From contig CAVSIV010000001.1 in NCBI GenBank assembly GCA_963728205.1, positions 1,218,372-1,282,371 of the forward strand: 64,000 nt of DNA, read 5' to 3'. Each line of letters opens with the position of its first letter. Positions within the stretch are counted from its first letter, which is position 1. The DNA is from an uncultured Chloroflexia bacterium (GTDB lineage Bacteria > Chloroflexota > Dehalococcoidia > UBA2979). The position numbers were made by a program, and so were the translations under genes. Shown here piece by piece: positions 55,811 through 64,000 of this stretch. Below the pieces are notes generated by a model. The model saw nothing but the letters and a program-made list of their open reading frames with translations, did no database searches and had not been told where the DNA came from.

Positions 55811-56690
55811 CCGCACCGCTGCAGGTGCCGGAATCGTTCCGGGCGATGCCGCGTTGGTGGCACGAGGGTGAGGCGTGGCTCGATGGCCTGCCCGACCTCG
55901 TCGCCATCTGTTGCGAGCGATGGCACCTGGCAGATCGATGGCGGCCCTGGCATGGTTCCAACGCGCTCGTCGTGCCCGTCTTGCGCGAGGGCGTGCCGCT
56001 GGCTCTCCGTCTCAACCCGCCTGGTCCGGATGTCGCGGCCACGGCCCGCGCCCTGGATTCTGGCGGGGGCACGGCGTCGTTGACCTGATCGAGGCCGACC
56101 TGGACGCGGGGTGCGTTGTTGCTCCAGCGGCTTGATGGGGGCCGGACGCTGGACCAGGACCCTCTGCGAGGCGATCCCGGAGCTCGGCGCCCTTGTGCGA
56201 CGGCTGGCGATTCCGGCCCCGCCGATGTGACGTCCACCAATGACATCGTGCCGACCGAGTTGAGGCGATGCCGGGGCGTGGGAGCGGCTGGGATGTCCGT
56301 TTCCCCGCGCCACCCTCGATGGGTGCTGGCCCTGGCCCCAACCCTGATGACGACTCGATGCTGGCGGTCAATGGCGACCTGCATGGCGAGCAGGTGCTGG
56401 GGGGGCCGGACGGCGACCTGGGTGGTGGTCGATCCCGTGCTGCTTCGTGGCGACCCGGCCTACGACCTGGCCCGCGTGCTCTGGACCCGCCTCGATGAGA
56501 TGGCCGATGACGACGAGATTCGTCACTGGCTCGACGTGTTAGCTAATGCGGCCGGGATCGACCTCGTCCATGCTCGGCACTGGGTGGTGTTTCGCACGGC
56601 CAGCTACTGGCTATGGGGGCTCTCCCACGGTCTCACCGAAGACCCGGCGCGGTGCGAACGTCTGCTCAATGCCATCGACCATGAAGGCGG
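55807..56690 (+). CDS. APH(6)-like aminoglycoside/hydroxyurea phosphotransferase family protein (frameshifted)
   Basis: GEAWLDGLP.LV...CERWHL, LVVPV, LL.RL, NGDLHGEQVL, VVDP...GDPAYDL. Confidence 0.65.
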
Positions 56691-56769
56691 ACGCGGAACT
56701 GTCCAGCCGGGACGGCATACTTCCGGGCGTACGTACGCATCATTCGCTTCGGAAGAGAGGACGTTTTCC

Positions 56770-57310
56770 ATGTCGTCATCCCGCGCTGTCGTCGATTCGC
56801 TGGTCCGGCAACTGGACCACACGCTGGAAGAGACGGCCGAGGAATTCGGGTTCGACCATTGGCATTCGATCATCTGGAACCTCCACAACGTGCGGCCCGG
56901 CGACTGGGATGCCATGCCGCCGGGCGGTGGCCGGTCCATCGGCGAGCTCGTGCCGCACATCGGCATCTGCTACCTGATGTATGGAAACCAGGCCTTCGGT
57001 GATCGGTCGCGGCAATGGGGTGATGGCCAGATCGATGGTGGCCCGCGTCCGGAGACGCAGGAGGAGTGGATCGCCTGGCTGCGTGCTTCGCACAAGATCT
57101 TCCGCGACTAGCGTGGCGGCCCTCACCGACGACCAACTGGACGATCTGGTCTACGCGCCGTGGGGTGACCAGCTGCCGGCCTTCCGCATCGTGGAACTCA
57201 TGATTCAGCACGGTACCTACCACTGCGGGGAGATCAACCACATTCGGGCCCTGCTCCAGGGAAACGACGACTGGGATCATCAGGACATGGGCCGCGACGA
57301 ATCGTCCTGA
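56770..57310 (+). CDS. DinB family protein (frameshift near 57105)
   Basis: WHS...RSIGELV.HI...MIQHGTYH.GEINHIR metal-binding His pattern. Confidence 0.8.
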
Positions 57311-57432
57311 TCGACCTTCCGCTGTGGCAACTTGGTAACCTGAATGCCGATGACGGGATCGGCTCAGGCCGATCGGTGAAGACGCCCCTGACTGGTCACA
57401 CGAGATCGGTCAGGGGCTCTTCTGGTCTTGTA

Positions 57433-57451
57433 ATATAAGTATGGATTATAT
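57433..57451. promoter_or_regulatory. AT-rich palindrome, probable ArsR operator
   Basis: ATATAA-N7-TTATAT immediately upstream of the ArsR start. Confidence 0.55.
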
Positions 57452-57460
57452 ACTGGCCGC

Positions 57461-57835
57461 ATGCACGCGCTTGACGTTCTCGGCGACCCGGTTCGCCGCC
57501 GCATCCTCGAACTCCTGCTGGCCCTGGGGGAATCTCCCGCCGGGGCGATCACCGATGTGATTCGCGCTGAAACCGGGATTTCCCAGCCGGCCGTGTCGCA
57601 GCATCTGCGCCTGCTTCGTGAAGAGGAGTTCGTTGAGATGCGGCCGCGCGGGGACCCGGCGGCTGTACGAATTGCATCCAAGGCGTTCGACTCGGTCAAC
57701 GCCTGGCTCGCGCCGTTCCACGATCAGTGGGTGTCATCGCTGGCCGCGCTGGGGACCGAGATTGCGCGGGGCAAGCGCCAGCGTCGGGAAGACGTTGTCG
57801 ACCGCACAGTCTCACAGCGAAAGGAATCTGCATGA
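57461..57835 (+). CDS. ArsR/SmtB family transcriptional regulator
   Basis: LGDPVRRRILELL, ISQPAVSQHLRLLRE, LGTEIARGKR. Confidence 0.9.
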   Translation: MHALDVLGDPVRRRILELLLALGESPAGAITDVIRAETGISQPAVSQHLRLLREEEFVEMRPRGDPAAVRIASKAFDSVNAWLAPFHDQWVSSLAALGTEIARGKRQRREDVVDRTVSQRKESA

Positions 57836-58473
57836 CCCACATCGATTTCGCCGCGCACCTCGCCGCCATCTCCCGCAAGGTGGTGGTGGAGACGGTCGAG
57901 GGCATGGAATTGCGCACGGTGGTCATCCGCCAGCCCTATCCGACTACCGTCGAGGACCTGTGGGGGGCCTGTACCACCTCCGAGCGGCTGGCGCGTGGTT
58001 CATGCCGGTCTCTGGCGACCTGGCGGTGGGTGGACAGTACCAGTTCGAGGGGAATGCCGGAGGCACTATCCAGGAATGTCGTGCGCCAGAGTTCCTGCGG
58101 GCGTCGTGGGAATTCGAGGATCGGGTGTCCTGGGTGGAACTGCGGTTCACTCCGGCTGGGAACAGTGCCCTGCTGGAGCTTCGCCACATTTCTCCGCTGA
58201 CTGACTTCTGGACGCAATACGGGCCGGGAGCCGTGGGACTGGGCTGGGATCTCGGACTTGAGTGGACTGACCGGCTACCTGCAGGAAGGCGAGGGTTTCG
58301 ACCGGGCGGCGGCCGAAGCGGCGGCGATGGGGCCAGAAGGGATGCAGGCGCTCATCACCAGCGCCGAGGCCTGGCACGACGCGGCAGTGGCCGGTGGGGA
58401 AGATCCGGTTTGGGCGAGGGAGGCGACGCAGCGCACCATCGCTGCATATACGGGCACCGAAGCCGGGTCCTGA
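57832..58473 (+). CDS. SRPBCC/Aha1-like protein (frameshifted)
   Basis: EDLW.ACT..ERL..WFMPVSGDL..GG.YQFEGNAGG.I, YGPGAVGLGWD. Confidence 0.85.
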
Positions 58474-58493
58474 TCGTCCTCCCGGCGCGATCA

Positions 58494-58530
58494 GCGAAGG
58501 GCGAACCTGAAACTCAGGTTCGCCCTTCGC
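58494..58530. terminator. Perfect 17-bp hairpin between convergent genes
   Basis: gcgaagggcgaacctga-aac-tcaggttcgcccttcgc. Confidence 0.75.
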
Positions 58531-58545
58531 CAGCGTCTGGAGCGG

Positions 58546-60240
58546 TTAACAGGTGGAGGTGGCCGCCAGGCCGTCCCAGCGATCCTGCGTCCACTGGATC
58601 AACTCTGGGACCAGCGCGGAGCCTGGCTTCCACGAGTGGCATGTGGTCCAGCCCCTCGTAGGTGCGGTACTCCAGTTCGGTTCCCATTGCGCACCGCTCC
58701 TGCACGTAACTGGCCTGGGCGTCGGGATGAATCAGCTGGTCGGCCAGGCCCTGCCCGATGAACAGGGGGACGTCGATCGGGCCGAGCGGCACGTTCTGCT
58801 CCAGGTACGGTCCCATGGGGCCATCAAGCGGATTTCCGTCCCAGATGTTCGCTCCCAGCACTACGGCGGAGCCGAGGGAAACGACCATGGCGGGTTCGTG
58901 CAGACAGCGGTAGGCGATTTCCTTCACCAGCACCTGGCTGCGGGGGAGCACCACCTCGTTGTAGGTCACGTTGGGATAGATCTGACTGTACGCCTCAAGC
59001 ACGTACGCCCCGAACAGCGAGCCAACCGGAGGGTCAGCAGGCTTCGATCAAGGCCGGCAGGTTGGCGGCGGGGGCCATGGCGGCGACCGCGATCACGCCG
59101 ACATCGGGGGCGTAGGTCGGGGCCAATTGGCCTGTCCACAGGGCGGCGTGGCCGCCCTGGGAGTGACCCCAGACCACCGTTTCGGTGCTGAGGGAGATGT
59201 CATCCAGTTGCCGTGCCGCGCGGGTGGCGTCCAGCACCGAACGCGCTTCCCCTTCCCCGATGAGGTAGGGGTGAGGTCCGGCGGTGCCGAGCCCCGCGTA
59301 ATCGGTGACGACCACCGCCCATCCCTGCTGCACCACCGCCTCGTCGATCAGGTAATTTGCATCGCTCACGAATGTGCCGTGGCAGGACGCAGGAGGGATG
59401 GAAGCCGGAGGTGCCATGCGCCCAGGTGATGACCGGGAGAGGTTCGGCGGCGGGGGTCAGACGGAACCATCACGACGCCGCTGGCGACCGCCGGAATTCC
59501 TTCGTCACGGGTGGTGGTGTACAGGATGCGCCAGGCCTGGGCCCCCTCCGGAATGGAACCGGTGAAGGGTTCGGCGCGGAGGAGTTGGCCAGGTTCGGCG
59601 GGTAGATCAGCCGGAGGATCGTAGAAATCGTCGGGCTCGGGGATTCGGCCCGGAGCCACCCACCGGTGGCGAGCAGGGCGACTGCCAGCACGGTCAACGC
59701 ACCAGCGCCGACGGTGCGCAATTTTCCCCAGGCGCGGGATTCCGCTTGCCGGTGGGGGTTCAGCAGGAAGGAGATGCCGAGCGGTAAGCAGGTAGATACC
59801 CAGCGCCAGGGTAGCGGCGAGGATCGAGACCTCGGCCCAGACGATGAGGGCAATCCCGGCGACGGTCAGGGCGATGTTGACCAGGATCGGACCCCACGGA
59901 CGAGGTTTGTGCCTCAGGTCGAGCAGCAGGCAGATGGCTCCAGAGCCGAGCAAGCCGATGCCGACCAGCCTCGACAGTATGCTGAAGGGGTGATCGGACC
60001 AGAAGGCGGCCGCGATGCCGACCACGAGCCAGACGCCGCCAACCACCTGCCACGGTCGTCCGGAGCGGCTAGCAAGACCAGCATGCCGGCCGCGAGTGCG
60101 CCCGCCGCGACGGCCACCACCAGGGCATTGCGGGAGACCAGGGGTGAAGCGATGGCCAGCACCCCCAGTCCTACCGTCAGCAGCCCAAGCAGTATTGGCC
60201 AGGGGCCAGACGGAACCCTGTGTTGATGTGCCGCAGTCAT
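58546..60240 (-). CDS. Membrane-anchored secretory lipase (LIP family; frameshifted)
   Basis: N-terminal TM region, then AWRILYTT, VVTDYAGLGT, GHSQGG, GQG.AD, GLDH. Confidence 0.82.
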
Positions 60241-60659
60241 TGCGTTCTCCCCCATTCCCCTGCGGAGTCGTGCGTCCTGCACGAACCTGCCCATCCCGAG
60301 GGCGGATTGCGCAGGTATCCACGACCCGGTCAGTGTGCCATCTCCCCGCGAAATATGGTTCGATCGAGTAGCCGAACATCAATATGGCGCACGGCGCGAT
60401 TGAGGATGCAGTTGGGAGCCGTGCCCAATTGGACGCTGTTTGCGGGGATGTGCGATCGCCACGTTTCAGAAACAGCGCCGGACCGCGCACGTTTGCCCCG
60501 AATTCGGCGGATGATGGTTGGGCGATGCGCACAGGGGCGAATGAGGCAAATGTCGCGCCTGTATTGACATTCATGAATGGTGACCGCGATGATCACCACG
60601 TCACAGCAGCAATTGCGTTGGGTCCTGAACGACATTCGTAGTTCGCTCTGGAGGTCCCG

Positions 60660-62060
60660 GCGGTCGATAATCCTCGTGCTCGTCAGTTGTTCAACGATGC
60701 CCTGAGTGGGCGCAGCAATCGTCGTGACATCCTTCGTCGCGCCGCCGCCATCGGCATCAGCGCCCCGGTTGCCATGTCCCTCGCCAGTCTCGGTTCCACC
60801 CGTCATGCGCTGGCCGCCACCGAAGGCGCCCTCACGGTCACCTACTACGACTGGATCCTAACCTCCACCCGTCGCTCAACGCCGTGAACGAGATTTCGAC
60901 AAGCCTACCCGCTGAAGGCGGAAGTGGCTCCGACCCAGGGGTTCGGCATCGATCGGTTCGTGCGGAAGCCCGCGATCGGCACCTCCACCTGGGACATGTA
61001 CATCGGCGTGACGCCGTTCCTCGAAATGATGCAGCTGGCTGATTCCGGCGCCATCGAGCCGTGGGATCCGTATCTTCCGGAAGGCTTCCTGGACGACCTC
61101 CCGCAGTCGATCCGGGCTGAAGGCACCTACAACGACCAGTTCTACATCTGGCCGTTCCTGCTCGACATCATCGTCCAGGCCTGGAATGCTGACCATCGTC
61201 GAGAAGGCCGGCCTCGATCCGGCCGGTGCCCCGACGACCTGGGACGAGTTGATCGCCAACGCCAAGACGGTCATGGATCGCGGCGCGGCGCCATTCGGTG
61301 TCGTCCTTCGACTTCCACGCCTGGCGCTCACTGATCCCGATCACGCACTCCATCAGCACCGATGTCTACGAGCCGGAAACCGGTCTCTTCATGTGGAACA
61401 GCGATGCTGCGGTGCAGGCGCTGGAGATCATGAAGCAGATGATGGAGCTGGCGAACCCCGACGTGCTGAACGAAGGCACCACCGACGCGGCGTCGACCGG
61501 ACCCCGGACGATGACGGCCTTCCAGCAGCGGCTGTGCGCTACTACATCAAGTACCAGAACGCGCCGATGCGCTTCGCCGCCACCTGGCCCGATCCGACCA
61601 AGCTGCGATGGCGGCCCTGCCGGTGCAGGAAGGCGGCGCGGGCGGCACGGTCTTCTGGGATACCGGCGCGGTGCTGTTCAAGAACGGCGCGAACAAGCAA
61701 CAGGCGGCGGACTACTATGACCGCTCTCACCACCGACCAGCGGATCTGGCAGGAGTCGGTGGCGGGCAATCCCGAGAAGGCGTCCCGGCCGTGGGCCAGC
61801 TGCCGGTCTGCAACTCGATCTGGGAAGAGTACAGGGCCAGCACCGCCGGAGTGGCTGACCGGCCAATCCGTGGGCCAACGACGATCTGGGATCAGCCTGC
61901 CGAACGCCAGCGCCATCGCCCCGACGCAAGCTCGCCATCACCCAGTTCAACGTGGCCGCCCCTTCTACTCCGCTTACCTGAGCGGCGAGAGGACGGATGC
62001 GAAGACAGCGCTGACCGAGGCGTACGACGCGGTGAAGGCGGAAGTGCGCCAAGGTCACAA
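60660..62060 (+). CDS. Sugar ABC transporter substrate-binding protein with Tat signal (many frameshifts; ends approximate)
   Basis: SNRRDILRRAAAIG twin-arginine signal, WDMYIGVTPF, PTTWDEL..NA, GGTVFW. Confidence 0.75.
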
Positions 62061-62088
62061 CACCTCCCGCTCGCCATCCGATCCGAGC

Positions 62089-62117
62089 GGGAGCCAGGCG
62101 GTCTCCGCCTGGCTCCC
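62089..62117 (+). terminator. Intergenic hairpin after the binding-protein gene
   Basis: gggagccaggcgg-tct-ccgcctggctccc. Confidence 0.55.
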
Positions 62118-62217
62118 ATCGGCAGGAACTTGCCGTCGACATCAGATGGCTGACGCCGTGACGGGCCACCTTCTGCTATAGTCAACGAACCACACAATCT
62201 TTCCTGGGGGCATATCC

Positions 62218-63172
62218 ATGGCGGCTACGACACCCACGGCGCCGCGTCGACCATGGCCTCCGAGGTCGGCGAAGCCTCGGGAACTGGGCTTTTCTTGTTC
62301 CCGCGGTCGCTTTTTTCCTGCTCTGGCAGCTCTGGCCGATCGTCCGGTCGCCTGGATCGCGTTTACCGATTTCCGTTATCCTCGATCTCAGCTCGACCGG
62401 TTAACGTCACTCGGGTTGCCCCCAGTTCGTTGGGCTTTCCAAATTTCTCGCGAAGTCTTGCAGGACGATCTGCTCTGGCAGGGGCTGCAAGCGGGCCTTC
62501 CTCTTTACCCTGCTCTTCGTGCCGGCATGATCCTGATCCCGATGGTGCTCGCCACGCTGGTCGACCGGGTGAGCAGTACCCGGTCGCGACCACCTACCGA
62601 TCATCCTGCTGATTCCGGCAATGATTCCCGGGCCGCTGATCTTCGTGCTCTGGAAGTGGATGTACGATCCGGTACATCGGCCCGATCAACTACTTCCTGG
62701 TCGATGTACCGGGCTGTTCACGATTCGCACCGCCCCAATGGCTCGGCGATCCCAGCCTGGTCTTCCTCTCGCTGGCCATCATGGAATGGTGGTGGGGCCT
62801 CGGCTATCACACCATGTTCTTCCTCGCCGGCATGGCCACCGATTCCGCGCGATCTCTCGATGCGGCCCGCCTCGACGGCGCCGGGGAATTCCGGCTCTGG
62901 GTCAATATCGTGATTCCGCGCCTGCTGCCGATAATGCTGGTGCTGGTGGTGCTCCGCTTCGGGATCGGCCATGGCCGTGATCGATGAATACCTGATCATG
63001 GGCGCCTTCGACCGGACCGGCCCGACCTATACCTGGACCGTTTACATGTGGGAAACCGCCTTCTCAGGGCGACTGGCGCCAGGGGTACGCCGCCGCGATT
63101 GGCTGGATCGGCGCGCTCGCCATGCTGGTGGTGGTCATCGGCATGTTCTATCTCTTCCGCTCGCGCGACTAG
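62218..63172 (+). CDS. Sugar ABC transporter permease (frameshifted)
   Basis: LWKWMY, EWWWGLGY..FFLAG, DAARLDGA (EAA loop), IVIPRL. Confidence 0.8.
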
Positions 63173-63220
63173 GCATACCGGATCCGTTCCAGCGCACACG
63201 AGGCAGCACGAGGAAGCAAC

Positions 63221-64000
63221 ATGGCTGTTCAGGTGGCACACGACCACAAACCGTTGCCGGTGGAAAACCAAGGAAGAGATCGCAGCTGGCTATCGCCCGA
63301 GACGGCGGCACTGGCCGTTCTGGACGATCGTCCGGCACTGGTCACTGATCCTCTCTGCTTCATCGTGCTGCTGCCGCTCGCCTGGGTGATCCTGCTGTCC
63401 GTCAAATCGTTGCCGGAGGCGAACCAGAACGGATCTGGCCCCAGGCCTTCGATTTCGGGCACTATGGCTACGCCTGGGACAAGATCCCACGCTGCGCCAG
63501 AACTACCTGAACAGCATCTCTGGTGACGGTCCTGACGGTCATTGCGACACCGTCGGCGCCGTGCTGGGCTGGCTACGCGCTGGTCTTCCTGCGCGCGCCC
63601 GGCAAAGTCGATCGTCATCGCCCTGCTTCGTGGCGTCGATGTTCTTCCCCACCCGGGTCACGGCCTTCATCGGCATCTGCCAGCTCCAGCGGGAGCTGGG
63701 GCTGATCAACAAAGCCTGGGGGCTCGATCTTCCCCTACACCGCGCTCAGCGATCGCGATTTCGGTTTTCGTCATGCGCGGCGTCTTCCAGACCGTTCCGA
63801 AGGATCTGCTCGATTCCGCCAAGATCGACGGCGCCGGGCCTTTGCGGACCTGCTCGGCATCATGCTGCCGATCGTCCGCAACGGCATCGTGGTGGTGATC
63901 ATCATCAACTTCGTGGCCGCCTGGGGCGAATACCTGCTGGCCAGCCGCCTGATGAACGAGCAGGCGCAATGGACGCTGCCGGTCGTTCTGGCCTCCGCCT
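63221..64000 (+). CDS. Sugar ABC transporter permease, partial (frameshifted)
   Basis: PLAWVILLSVK, AGYAL, MRGVF.TVP..L.DSAKIDGA, AWGEYL. Confidence 0.8.

Noticed and set aside
55807-56690. Bona fide streptomycin resistance gene
   Set aside because: Only family-level kinase motifs are visible in error-rich sequence, so the substrate cannot be inferred.
57109-57111. TAG read-through (pyrrolysine) in the DinB gene
   Set aside because: The protein continues in a different frame, so this is an indel rather than read-through.

Overview
Positions 1 to ~53350 are high-GC actinobacterial chromosome (Micrococcales/Intrasporangiaceae-like by inference). The core gene order is conserved: valS, clpX, clpP2, clpP1, tig, tRNA-Gly/tRNA-Pro, trmB, rpiB, a DsbA-like gene, pepN, mscS, glbO and an alpha-glucosidase, followed by recQ, tesB, a DosR/DosS-like module and treZ-treY-glgX. 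Many genes carry 1-nt frameshifts that look like long-read errors. A ~5 kb accessory patch between tig and tRNA-Gly holds two toxin-antitoxin loci, gene fragments, a decayed tyrosine-integrase tail and a ~35-bp imperfect palindrome repeated at gene boundaries. The strongest unexplained signal is the octamer GTATGCCG/CGGCATAC: 39 copies by hand count in the first 53.3 kb, on both strands, in several reading frames and forcing rare codons. At ~53350 composition, codon style and octamer density change abruptly to sequence that looks Thermomicrobiales/Chloroflexota-like, which suggests a chimeric join or a large foreign insertion. All calls come from reading the sequence and recalled family motifs; no searches were run.
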